DNA of 63,878 nt, filler included, from Choristocarpus tenellus KU-1152 (taxonomy: Eukaryota > Protista > Phaeophyceae), in assembly GCA_964200185.2 (NCBI GenBank). It is 9 parts of 9 records of this genome, joined end to end, with 100 filler letters (N's around TTAATTAATTAA, not from the genome) between each part and the next. Parts side by side here need not be neighbours in the genome. Positions count along the whole stretch, not along the records: positions 1 to 3,624 come from CAXNAD020018892.1; positions 3,725 to 17,136 come from CAXNAD020001502.1; 7 more parts are not named here. One strand, 5' to 3'. Every line of letters starts with the position of its first letter. Position 1 is the stretch's first letter. Below, piece by piece: positions 1 to 12,190 of the stretch. The translations under genes were made by a program, and so were the position numbers. The notes beneath the pieces are model-generated. The model saw nothing but the letters and a program-made list of their open reading frames with translations, was not told where the DNA came from and made no database searches.

Positions 1-58
1 AAATCGAAAAAAGGGTGGAAAACGGACGCCGACCCCCCCCCCCCAGATACTTTGACCC
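1..58 (-). mobile_element. Terminus of a MITE (family C, GGGTCAAAGTATCTG(G)n type), cut by the window edge
   Basis: The reverse complement reads GGGTCAAAGTATCTGGGG...GTCGGCGTCCGTTTT, nearly identical to the terminus at 36496. Confidence 0.7.
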
Positions 59-2254
59 TGTTTTTTTTTAATGCTGGTATCTCTGATGATCCCATGGTTG
101 TCAATGATAGACCAAGTAGTGTTTGTCCTCCAAAAGAATGTAATATTTTATACCTTGGCAGACCAGGAAGGAGGTGTTCATTCGGAGTTTGCTCAAGGGT
201 GCAGGTGCAGGCATGCCTCAAGAGGTGAGTAAATGAAACAAGGATTAAACAAAAAAATCATGGTAGTACAATATACTATGTACGAAGTCGATTTATTTTG
301 GATAAAACTTGAAAATCTGATATTCTTGAAGATTTTTGAACACTTAATGAAAATTATGATTCCAAACACTGTATTGTTCATCCTGTTTTTGGGGGGTGGA
401 TAAAGTTCTAATTATTTTCTGGTTGATACCCTCTTTTGTTCATGCCTATAACAGGATATTTTGAGCATTGTTGCGTATATATATTTATTTATTTAGTGAC
501 TATTTGGAGTGTTTTTATCTTGCGGCCTATTTGAAAAATAATATAATCTAGAATGTTGGTTTTTGTATAACTATCTACAGAGTTTCGTCATATCATTTAG
601 AGGTTTCTTGCATGTATGCTATCATCTTTGGGGTGGAGAGGTACCTTTTTACATTTCATTATTTCAAGACTTGTACATTATATCTATATCTACATATGTA
701 TTTGAATGTACTTTCTCTGGAGTGTTTAATGTATTTTTCGACATCATTACACTATGTACATAACACTATGTTGTCATTGAACACTTTATGTCATCATTTT
801 GCAAAATGTTATGTAAATATGTTAGGTATTTTTTGGTTCAAAGTTTAACAAGCACTACACAGAGTGTTGTATCAAAATATGTACATGCTTCGGACTGGAG
901 TGTGAGCCCTACAGAGTGGTACACATATGTTACTGTATCCTATATTATGGACATAAGATAACATAGTGTTGAGTGTTATATTGTCCCAGGTGTGAAATGT
1001 GTTAAACATGCAGCAATAGAACCACACACACTGCAAGAAGAAAAAAGTCACGAGGACAATTTTTTTTATGGGAACAAATCGCAGCACACTATTCAAGGGC
1101 AATGTGCTCACCTTCTTGGGTGATAGAGCCAGTCTTTGGAGTGTTTTGATATAGAAGCTATTACCCTATCCTCCCCCCACATGTAAACATCGGTGCTCCT
1201 CCAGGTCCATACCCACAGTCATCCTACAGATTCTCCGGCATACTGGAATCATCATTTGCACTTAGAGCAAAATGCCTCACCAATATCTCTACAAGTTGAA
1301 CCAGCTTCGATGTATTCCCTAACCCTAACTCAGTGTATCCATGTTTGTCATGCTATATACACATAAGTACGTATGTCTGCTGTTTTTTTCAATGTGAAGT
1401 ACCTGAGCACTATTTGATATAAGAGGAAGTACCACCAGATGGCTGGGTGTATATTTCCCATGGGAGATATTACTCGATTCATCCCTGATGACCAGGCTAA
1501 TGTGTGCATCTCTTCGGAGACAGAACACCTTAGCTGTATGAAGACTCTGCTGCTCTTCTTGGTATAGACCGGCAAAACGGAAAAATGAAGGCGTCACAAC
1601 CAAGACGAATATTCAACTAAGAAATGGAGAAACTCCTTTTATACCTAAAGGATCATTTAACGATGTATTGTTTTCCCTTCATTAGATATGAGAGTAGAAT
1701 CCAAAGCGTTTGATTCATATTTTTTTGCTTGAAATTGTATGAAGATGGCAGATACATGCTCCCTAGCCTCCAATGTCATATCTCTCCCTGTCTGTTTCAT
1801 TCTATACTAAAAATTGTTTATTGTATTGTATTGTGAGTGTGAATTAATAATTTATATAATAATATCATACCGTCATTGTTAACCCATTTTCGTGAAAGCA
1901 GGACCAGTTAGGACTGGCATATGACATGTTTGTTAACTGCGAGAGTTTTTTTTTTGTAAATGTGATTTTTATAGACAGTATATATTTGTTCTGATCTTTT
2001 TAAATGACAAGAAAAGTTTAGTTGTTTTGCCCAGCAAAAAGTGATACTACAACAACATTCATATTGTAGGATAGAAACGTAAACATGGGATGTCACATTG
2101 CTTTCGTTGTGTCTATGATAAGTTGCCATTTTGATGCTCTACAGTAGAGGCCTACTGTGATCCCTTTCTCATCGTATTTTGTTTTGTTCAATATATTTTG
2201 GAGTGAAATGTATTTCGTAAACAAGGGAAGCCTTGTAATTATGGTTAACGATCC

Positions 2255-2362
2255 TGCGGTACAAGTAGCAGAACCTACGGTACAAGTAGAACCCTCATAT
2301 TGTCTAGAACCTACAGCATATGAAGAATCCACAGTACATGTAGTAGAACCTACGGTACAGTA
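2255..2362 (+). repeat. Degenerate 18-21 bp minisatellite (GTAGAACCTACGGTACA-like)
   Basis: About five imperfect units, read as V/A-E-P-T-V-Q in ORF 2157-2363. Confidence 0.6.
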
Positions 2363-3583
2363 GCTGTGGTCTGTGTCTCCCAGATGCCAGATGGTTATGA
2401 ACCAACGATAGGGAGGGCAAAGAGCGCCATACCTGCCTTTTACAAGCAGAAAGGTCACAGGATCTGGTCACATCCCAGCAGAACTGCTGAAGCTGGGACA
2501 GGATGAAGGCCCCGTTCTTGTCCAGGTTTCTTGAACATTGTATTTTCTGTATCTGGGTGGTCGGAGGATGTATGTTAGAGGTGGAAAGTCAAGTTCGTCA
2601 AAACTCTTCAGAGGAAAGTCCGCCCTTGAGAGCTAGTATGTAGAATGTGGAAGCTGGCCTCGGCAATCAATCAGTAGCAAGCTGTCCATAGCGCATGTGT
2701 TCCAAAAGCTTGAAAGAGCAAAGAGCACCCCCTTGTACACCATATACCTCAACTGACATGGAGAAGGTTATTCCTATTTCAACCTTGACCTCCTTTGCGG
2801 AGGCAGTGAAGACCAGGTTTGGTGTGTCATTGGTTAAAAGAGCTCTCCCATCTGAATATATGCGTTATATGCATTGAATGTGTGCACATCTGTTCTGTTA
2901 CCTTGATAGTGTGCAGGCATCGGAAAAGGAGTTATCAGCGACGTTTCATCCAGATACGAGCCATTCCCAGCTCACAGACTATAAGGTGAATTTAGTATCT
3001 TAACATTTACAGAGGAATGGAAATGGGTTGGTCTTGTGCAGTGTGCACGTGGCTCATAATTTTTTATCTTTACCAATGGATTTGCTGATCGATTAGATTT
3101 GGATTACTCTCGTGGATGGGCATCTAAGATTCGGTGGATTATACGTTATCTTTTTTTTTGTCGAACTAGCGTATTTACTGATAGGAACTTGTTTGGGAAG
3201 TAATCATGGTTGGGAATAGGGTTGGAGTTAGATCCGTAACTATTTTTTTATTGTCATATTTTTTGTAAATTTATTCATTTGGTGGGTAGTAGTGTTAGGA
3301 GTGACAGAAATCATGGGTGGGCATTACTAGCAAGTTTCCTTCAAGGTAACCCCATCACATTTAATATTTTAGAAAGGTGACATTGGAAAAACCTTTGGTG
3401 GGTATGAGTTGCTATTTTTCTTACTTGGACTGAATCACAAATTGAGCCAATGTAGGAGTATGTTCATACATACATGAAAATATGCAGGAATTGTGGTGCA
3501 TATTTTAAAGGCATTTTTTGAATATCAACAACCCTGCTTGTTGTGTTCGTAAACATTCAAGTGTGAAGTGTGGCAAACGCACA

Positions 3584-3624
3584 GAGTCAAAGTATCTTAG
3601 AGGGTAGAGCCGCGTCCATTTGGG
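3584..3624 (+). mobile_element. MITE family A, left end, truncated at contig break
   Basis: GAGTCAAAGTATCTTAGAGGGTAGAGCCGCGTCCATTTGGG is identical to the start of the full copy at 26608. Confidence 0.85.
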
Positions 3625-3724
3625 NNNNNNNNNNNNNNNNNNNNNNNNNNNNNNNNNNNNNNNNNNNNTTAATTAATTAANNNNNNNNNNNNNNNNNNNN
3701 NNNNNNNNNNNNNNNNNNNNNNNN
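3625..3724. other. Artificial contig linker N44-TTAATTAATTAA-N44
   Basis: Fixed 100-bp spacer with stops in all six frames. It recurs at 17137-17236, 24337-24436, 35285-35384, 41323-41422, 48143-48242, 52900-52999 and 60866-60965. Confidence 0.97.
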
Positions 3725-5525
3725 GTGTACGGCAGGAAATGCGTGCATACAGAAAAGTGACTGGGATTTGAAGTGGTGCTTGGAGGGGGGGGGGAGGGGG
3801 GAAGGTGATTTGATGTGAGGTGAAGTGGAGGAGTTCTGAAAACCAAGGACTACTCTTGTTCGTCTTCATCGCTATCCCGTTTTTATTTTTTTGCCTGCTG
3901 TTGCTGTGTGAGATGCTTCATCTTATTGTGTTTGAGGGGGAAAAAAACAGGACGTGCAATAGCGCCGTTGCCCTGTGTGACCCTGTTTGTGCCTGTGCAT
4001 CAGAGTGTTTTGTCTACTGTTCGGAAGGAGCAGTGAAGAAAGAATTACTTTGTTCAACAATACCTGCAAACTGCATCATTGTTTGGATTTATATCCCAAG
4101 TTCTCGCCCTGGCCCGCCTCGCAAGTGCTTCTATATACCCATGTTGTAGAGTTCTATAATTTTGGTACTAGTAGCAAGGCTGTCAAATTTTGTAGTAACA
4201 ACTCCTCTTTCTGAGTATCGGTTTCAATTAAAAGGGCTCTCCCATTTTCTATTCCTTTCGATCCCCCACTCCAGCAGCACCTACATTGTTTTTTGTTGAC
4301 ACAATCATACATGTGATGTCACTATGCTACTGTAATCTATAGATCCAAAAATCAGGAAAGTGCTACATGATACCAACTGACTTAATGTATTGTGGACCTC
4401 TTTAGTAGAGGGGTTCTGTACAACGATCGTGAAGTATGGTAATATCTAGTACTTGAGTAAATGATCGCATGTCGATCGCCTTAAATGTTTAGGTGGTGCG
4501 TGGATAATATGAGTCATCATTTACAAGGTATTCAGAGATTAAGAAGAGATCGATGAAGGCCCAAATAGGAACAACCCCAGTTGTGCCTGCGTGAGGTTAA
4601 GCCCTTTATAATTCAATTATTAGTGTTTACACTTTTTTTAGTCTGGAGACTATCGTGACGCATGATCAGAGCCACCACACAGAGAATAACTTATCATACC
4701 AATTATTGGTTGGTACTAACTGTTGCACTACAACTGCTTGTTCAGTCTCCCTTCATGCCTCACTCTTGTGTGTTGGGTTCAGTAGTACTCCTCGCCACTC
4801 CATTTCCCCCCTCAGATCTTCGGCCAGACCCTCTTTGGTGTAGTTTGGCAATAAATCTGGATCGATTCATCTGACCACAACTCAACTTGATTTTATTTGT
4901 AGGACCCTGTAAACTCTGTTGATTACTCCGTAATAATGCGGATCCTACGCAAAGGTACCCTTGTCAACCTATTCCATGTAAAATTACTTTAATTTACGAT
5001 TCAAAACCAAAACTCCAAAACTTTGACCTTCACACATTTCGACCCTCCTATTATATTGGATTGTTTTTTCTTGATGATGTATAATATGGTCAGATTTTGT
5101 GACTCCTTCAGGGATGACGCATGTATCCACTTCCATATGAACCATCCTATTTTTGTTTTCTTTGTTAATTGGCAATAAGAACTAGCCAACTCGTGCTTGC
5201 TTGGGGGGTTTTGTGGTATAGGAATAGAGAGGATAGAAGAGAACACTAACTTGGAATTAAGGTGTACAATCCCTAGTCCTAGGTATGTATGTGGACGTTG
5301 CATAATCGAAATTGTAATTCCATCTCCAAAAAGTGTGGGGTTTGAACCAGAAACATATGAGGACGTACATGAGAATTCATATAGAAAAGGCTGTGTAAAA
5401 TTATGGTATCATATCGAACCCGATATATTGTAGTGGTGATACACATCATCACGCCACAACTCTCCATGTAACAAAGAGTAGTAAATAGTATATGCTGTTG
5501 ATTTGATTTTGGGGAAGGTCTGGGT

Positions 5526-6931
5526 ATGGGTCGCAAGAGCTGGTGGGCTTGTGAAGCACGGAACGGTGGCAAAAAGCGAAATCGAGATGAAAGAAATGAG
5601 AAGGGAGTTGATTCAGAGTCAGGAGATGGAACTAAAAGACCCCGATCGGCAGCCATGACTCTCAGTGACATCAAGGGTCACCAGGCCATTATCGCCACCT
5701 GCGATGTTTGCAATGCTGCTAGGGCTACCAAAGAGCTGATTAACCTCCTCAACGACTTCGCAGATCGGATCTACCCCAAAACTAAGTGCGAATTTTCCAA
5801 CGATGTGGAGGAGACCAGCCCAAATGTTGCAGCTGGAATGGGTGATACCGCTGTAAATCGACCTGGTGAACTGTCAGTGGAGGACCTAGTTCGCCATGAA
5901 GCTGAAGCTTTGCGCAGCAGAAGCGGGGAGACAGGAAGATTTGTGTCGGTCAACACTGGAGTGAAGGGAGTCATTGCAATATGTGTGATGCGGTCGGAGA
6001 TAGACATCGTAGTGCTAGTAGCGTCCATCTTCTCGGACATTCGGCGCACCAAGGAGCGCAAGAGTCGTTTCCTCCAGCGCGTAATACCCCTGCATGTTAC
6101 CTCCTATGCAGAGGTCGAATCACTCAAGTGCGCGGCTAAGCCACTGGTAGAGTCTGCGTTCCGTCCAGTCAGGAACAATGGTGGGATACTAAGCCAACAG
6201 ACAACAATGCCCATGTCTGCAAAGAACGCTACCATAATTGAGGAGAGTGGAAGCGTTGATGGAGATGATAAGGGGTCGATGGGCAGGGAGAGAGGTGATG
6301 TTGAATCGGGCGGTTCCTCGGAGCCCATGGTCGGCGGTGAGATAATGAACGAGGGAGAATGCTCAAAGGGGATTACTTTCAGGGTGGATGTTAACAAGCG
6401 AAATTCCAGCTTGAAACGAACTGACTTAATAACAGCACTTGTTGCTTTTGTTGGCAAGGGGCATCAGGTGGATCTGAAGAATGCAGAGGTGAGAGAACAT
6501 CTTATGATATCGATGGGCTTGTTCGTACTTGTTCGACCTGTGGTCGACGTTTTTTGTCTCTGTTTTGTTGATGATGAGGGGTGATTGGTTGCCTTGCATT
6601 AGTACGTTTTTGCTCTTAGGAACTAATGTATATTTGTACCAAAATAAACTACCTTGGCCTTCGATACTGAAAATTGAAAATATTGTATGGCCTTCCAATT
6701 TGCGAATTGTTTGCTGCGTCTTCCATTAAACTCAGCATTTTTACACCAACTTCTCTGTCCCTTTGTGTGGGTGGCTTGGACTGCTTCCATGGTTCCCAGT
6801 AGGTGGTCATCATGGTGGAGGCCGTCAGGTCCATGGTTGGGATATCCATCTTGAAGGATTACATGGAGAACTGTGAATACAACATGCACAAATTACAGGA
6901 TCTCACATGCAAGGCAGTGCTGGAGACCTGA
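5526..6931 (+). CDS. THUMPD1: THUMP-domain protein (Tan1/THUMPD1, tRNA acetylation adaptor), 363 aa, 2 exons
   Basis: Exons 5526-6488 (GAG|gtgaga) and 6803-6931 (cagtag|GTG), phase 0. Family motifs: IIATCD...RATKELINLLNDFADRIYP, RFVSVNTGVKGVIAI, KSRFLQRVIP, TFRVDVNKRN, GHQVDLKNAEVVIMVEAVRSMVGISILKDY...YN. Confidence 0.88.
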
Positions 6932-7481
6932 GTGTCCCGTGAGCTGCTCATATTGTTTTTGATGTGCACGCAAGTTTTTGGTTGGTAGTACTTGTGGCCT
7001 AGGTCATGGATTGTGTTATTTGGGACAATCCGAGGGTTCTCATTATAAACTTCTGGAAGCTCAAGTGTCATTCTCATATTGAAAGCACAAAAAAATATAG
7101 AAAATTGACAATTCACCAAATGCTTGTTACTATTGATAGGGTTTCAGTGTATGTGGTAACAATTGGGGAACTGCCCCTATGGAAGTTGTGAGTGCGATTG
7201 GCATCTGAGGTCAACAAAGTACACAGACCCCATGTTCATTTGACTTTGGTTTGGGTTAAAAAAGCACCTCAGAAACCGAAATAAGCACACATACACTCAA
7301 CACATGATCAGCACAATTTATAACACACTGTAGGTAGTGCATCGGCTTTTCTGACGTGAAAACATATAATCGAAAGACAAGACCACATACTATCAAATTG
7401 TCCTCTTGAGAACCCCACCTAGACATCTCATCTCAACAAGGTCTAGGCCCAACGAAGTGAAGCAAATTATTGTAGCAATAA

Positions 7482-8625
7482 CTATGGACAGCTTATCGGA
7501 AATGGCTTGATGAGACCTTCATCCATGGATCGATCGAGTGCTACACGAGCTGCCGAGAATAGGAACAAATTCCCCCCAAGACGGGGGATGAAGGGCAATG
7601 CTGGGACTGCCCCTGCAACTAGAGCACCGAAAGGTCCAGCTCCATGTCCCAGAGAGTCTGCAAGGGCTGCTGCTGCTGCTGTAAGGGGCACTTCACACTG
7701 ACCTAGAGCAGATGTGAAAGCAAATGCACCCACACAACCATCCCCCAGTTGATCCACATTCAAACCCCCCATACCACCAGGCACACCACTCTGACTTCCC
7801 TTCTTGACCTTCATACTTCGATCAGAGCGAACAACATACCTGAGGGGAAGGGGTGATATAAGGGTAGCGTTTAATTCATAGAAGGCGGAGGGAGTAAGAG
7901 CGACAAGTTTCAATCATAAGAGATCCACCTGATGTGATTTTTGACCTCAAACGTTGGTGATGAGATCAGGTGTACTTCACACGTCCTACTACTCATGCAT
8001 GCTGCACTGTACTGCCAATTGTGGGATGGACATACATATGTTTTAATGGGTGATTGGAGACAAATACAACACTGCAGATGGTATTGACAAGTAGTTCTGA
8101 CCTGTAGGTCAACCCAAACAATGCCCCATCCAACGCGCCAGCCCCAAGGCAAAAGAGGAGTGCTGCTATCCCCGGCTCAGGCACTCCGAGAACCTCCATT
8201 AGAGGAGGGGGGACCAGTGGAAGGGTCCCAATCCCCACGGCCAAAAGACGAGAGACCGAACCAACCGAGCCACACAACACCGCTGCCTTGATACTCTCTA
8301 TCTTTTGCTCGAACTCATCGAATTTTGCTGCTGGCGATGAGATGACTTGAGATGGCTCCTCATCGTCGCTTGGACCCTTTGCTGACTGTGGGAGGGGGTT
8401 CTTTTCCGATAGCCCACTCGTTTCTTCTTTTTCTCCAAGGATATAACCATTCGATTTGCTTACGCTTAATTGAAGATTTGACGTACCACGCCGTGAGGGA
8501 AGAGTAGGGATGTGATGGCAAACTGGTGATGTGCATGTGAAGAGGATGGAGTCAAGGGAGAAGGTTGTAGCTCTACAAACGAGGAAAGAAGCAACCAAAA
8601 GCCTGTACACCAATACAACGAGCAT
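7482..8625 (-). CDS. Plastid-targeted conserved membrane protein of unknown function (LFGxTYRYxxRxD type), 293 aa, 2 exons
   Basis: ATG at 8625; exons 8625-8102 and 7839-7482 (TAC AG|gtcaga...cctcag|G TAT), total 882 nt in frame. Signal peptide MLVVLVYRLLVASFLVCRATT-F with Phe at +1, then a Ser-rich transit peptide. Hydrophobic helices and the motif ALFGLTYRYVVRSD...GCVGAFAF resemble, from memory, a cyanobacterial/plastid family. Confidence 0.8.
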
Positions 8626-8905
8626 TTTTCGCAGGCTGCTCACTCCGTTCTTCGCTTCTCTGAGTTGTAAGTCTGGAATGTTACAAGGTTTTTGCGAAGT
8701 GATCTTATACTAGGTGGTGTTGATACATCATTGAAGGTGCCACAGAGCGGGCTCTGGGGCAAGTCGATACAGAAATGTCGTTGTTCCTCCTGCACACAAG
8801 AGATAAGGAGGATATGGATCAACCCCAGACCTCCTGTACGTGGCGAACATTAGGACAACAGTTGCAACCTCCTATGAGATTGTGAGGGTAGTGCAAGGGC
8901 TTCAT

Positions 8906-11900
8906 ATGGAAGAAGTAGACGTACGGAGGTCATCCGTTGCACATCTTCTCAGTCTAGCCTGTGCGCTCGAGAAAAGGGGGAGGATATCCAAGGCTAGCAA
9001 AGGTTTCCTTAAGGGTGCGTTAAGATATCCGTTCTCTCATTATCTTTTAAATCTGTTCGGAAAACAATCGTTGTCGCTGTTCCAGCGACGCTTTTTATCG
9101 ATTATCGTTTTATCCCTGGTAAAGTGGTGATTCTCTTTCCAAAAGATACACGCAAGACATGTTTTCTGGTGTGCCATTGTTAGAGCATCAAGCCTTTGTG
9201 AAGTCTGCCACAATTGAGGTCTCCATCTGTCAAATCGCTTCCTCGTTCTCGTGGACTTCAACAGAACTTATTGTTCACCAGAATGAAAAGGTCATGGCCC
9301 TAGGAGACGAGCTTGTCGCGGAAGGACGAGAAACAGACCGGATCTTCGAGAGCCTGGAGGAGTTGATAAGTGAGAAAACCAATCTCCGTTGCTTGGTCTC
9401 GGTTGCTAAATGCCGCCTAAGCCTCCCCAAGATAAGCACATTGCAGTCTCGAGATGAAATTGATTTATTTCTTTTCACGTATTCACCCAATTTTCTTGAT
9501 GAAAGGAGTCTCTGATATGGATCACGTATTGCCGCAAGTACATGGTCGAACCTCCCCAAGAAATATAGTGCATCTAACGCACGAAGGAGGAAGTCCATTC
9601 CTGACATGTTTGCGCACTGTCGATCCCCATCACGCTTGTTAGCAGAGCACCGTGCAAGCAAGTCGTACGAAGAACTCTTCGAGACATGCTCTCTGGTGAA
9701 AGCACACTTAATTTCCCAAGCAGACACTGACGCACTCGGGCCTGAGGTAGACAAGAAGGTGGGTGGAGGGGGGGAGGGATTGTGAGGAAGGTATTTGGAG
9801 AGGAATGAGGGGGAAGAATTTTGAGCAAGGGTGGGAAACACTCTAGCAACGGTGGCCTTCTTATTCCGACTCAGTCGTTGCTTACCTACAGAGATTTTGT
9901 CTGTATCTCTTCCCCAGCAAGGCCTTCCCTTGATGTGATCCATCTAAGTGCAAACCTCAATATAAGTATTGGTGGTACAAGTGTGGAGCTTCAAATGAAT
10001 CCCTTGAGCGTAACTGATACACCCTGTAAGCGTGCTTCGTACGACGTAGCAGTGTGATATCGCAGCATTTGGGTCTTTGTGCTCCCAAGTCCCAATAGGA
10101 TAGATCACTCCACAATCCTGCAAGAGTCACACTGTATTCAGACCACTAGCAAGACTTTGCCCATTTGCAGCAATAGCTATTAACAGGATAAGGTATGGTG
10201 TTAGTGTTGTTGTCCTATACATTAACCTTTGATCATAGGACAACTGCTCACTCCATAGCTTCCTGATCCCTCCTCCGTGCACCTTCTCTGTGTAGTCCTT
10301 GGTATATGGTGAGATTGATTTCTGGTCTTTCTACGATATAATCAGGGTCTCAGTTAAGGGCATGTCAGGTAGGGGAGAGCTCAAGATGTACGATCTCGGC
10401 AGTGGTTCAGGCAGGGCAATATTTGCTGCGGTTCTTGCTGTCGATTTCAAGTGAGTGCTCTACAACTGCACTCAATTCGAGGTCTATTTCAAGTTCCCCT
10501 CAATCCCAGTTGCAACAAAGGAGAATGCAAAGGATATTATTTCACTGCTAGGCCATACCAATCACAGTCATAGCATGTCTAACTTATTCACGGATTGTTG
10601 ATGTACTGGTCCTCATTGCCCCATCTCCTTATGCCCATCACCTTTTTAGTGCTTCTCTTACCAGTGCAATTTGTTCTACATCGTAGTAGCCTACCTCACC
10701 CCTCCCAGTCTTTTTTTCTTGATAAACAGTCTATTCTATTGTCTGGCCTTTTGATAAGGATGACATTGTGGTACTGCATAAATGTGTGTCCTTGTGTGGG
10801 ACTGGTGGTGTGCAGAAACATTTGAAGGAGCGCGTCCAGGATATAGTGTCCTCCAGTCCTTACATAGGTACAATATTGTATGTGCTTCAAAAGGATTACA
10901 AGGTGATCAGATGAGCAGCTATGGTCCATTCAACCTGGAGAGCAAAACAACTCCCATTTCCCCCACCCAGTCACTAGCTGATGACAATACAATCATGACA
11001 GGTGTGTCACAGGGATTGAGATTCTCTCTGGCATTCATCAGGCTTCAAAGATGATCCTCAAGCGCTATCGCCGTCTAGTTGAGCCAGTCCTTTCCAGTCC
11101 CGCCTTCATCAAGCTCTACCAGGTGAGGAGGTCGGTAATGGGTTGGGTTGTGGCTGAGATGGACCTCCACCATCCCTAATGCAGAGCATGCTTCAGTTCA
11201 AGTATCTTGGAGGGTATGAGTTTTGCCCTGTTTGTCTGTGTGGGGCTTGGCTTGCCACGAGTTTTTTATGACATTTTCCTAGTCCGAAATTTTTCGGAGC
11301 AGGTAATATGTATACATTATGAAAAGTTGTGTCCGGAACAAGGATATTGACACTTGCTAACAAAAACGTAGTCAAAATTACATTAAAAATCGCAACATTG
11401 GATTTTGGAACCCAAACGAACATGACTCTACCCTCTAAGATACTTTGACTCAGTAGTCTTTCCAGACCATGACACCAGGGGTATATAGGGACTTGCAATC
11501 TCTGTGGGGTCAGCTCGATTCTGTATCAAATAGTCTTGCATTTCCTGAAGATATGATGACTACATTGAGGAAGAGAAGAGCCTTGCTCAAATGGTGAATG
11601 TCATTAATCCTTTCTGATGAATAAACGAGTAGGAAGGGTAAGAATGACTCAAAGTATCTGAGGGGGGGTGGCGGCTGTCCATTTGGGTTCAATTTTTTCA
11701 TGTCACGATTTTTGGGTGATTTGGTTGCATACATCAGATGGATAATGTAGATTAACTTTTCCTTATTTTTGTCCAAATGAACACCCTAGTGTAGACCACC
11801 CGCCCCCTCCCAGATACTTTGGGTCAATGGTGTGACAACCTGCAGGAGTTGTCATCTCCCACCTTTTGCCTCGCCTAACTTGACGCCAGTTCCAACCTTT

Positions 11901-12190
11901 TTCGCAAACTAAATGATGTTGATGACCCCTCCCACTTCCATTGAAAGGGATCTTTCCTGTCACCTACACTAGACTGGACAGATGGAGACCTGATCTTTGC
12001 CAACTCCACATGCTTTGCCAAAGACACACTGGAGGCGATTGCTCATCGGGCAGTTGCTATCCGTGCAGGGGCTAGGGTCATTACCTTCACTGAAGCTCTC
12101 AAGACCCCCTGGCTCCAGGTGCTACTGAAGAAGAAATATATGATGTCTTGGGGGCCTGCCACAGTGTTTGTGCACCAGAAGCTAACGTGA
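8906..12190 (+). CDS. DOT1: DOT1-type SAM-dependent methyltransferase (putative histone H3K79), about 281 aa, 6 exons
   Basis: Exons 8906-9014, 9265-9369, 9646 (or 9643)-9758, 10296-10450, 11002-11122 and 11948-12190. All junctions are GT-AG and phase-consistent (846 nt). Motifs: SLVYGEIDF, MYDLGSGSGRAIF (motif I), VTGIEIL, GSFL, DLIFANSTCF, GARVIT, MSWG. Confidence 0.82.
11194..11451 (-). mobile_element. MITE family A (about 258 bp) in DOT1 intron 5
   Basis: Full-length match to other A copies, with one degenerate end (CAGTTCAAGTATC). No clear TSD. Confidence 0.85.
11646..11825 (+). mobile_element. MITE family B (about 180 bp) in DOT1 intron 5
   Basis: GACTCAAAGTATCTG...CAGATACTTTGGGTC, flanked by AAT/AAT. 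Confidence 0.85.

Noticed and set aside
3669-3680. TTAATTAATTAA palindrome recurring eight times
   Set aside because: Always centred in exactly 44+44 Ns; it is an assembly linker with six-frame stops, not biology.
5330-5355. Reverse B-box-like GGTTCAAACCCC, and a T-arm-like hairpin GTCGGGTTGAATCCCGAC at about 22830
   Set aside because: No A box or cloverleaf could be folded; at most SINE debris, not tRNA genes.
9275-9943. 222-aa antisense ORF overlapping the DOT1 gene
   Set aside because: No recognisable motif. The opposite strand has a coherent spliced gene, and the ORF spans its introns and a G-rich tract.
10099-10192. AG...GT-bounded pseudo-exon in DOT1 intron 3
   Set aside because: 94 nt with stops in the required frame. 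The gene reads through without it (VDKK|SLVYGE), so DOT1 is not a pseudogene.
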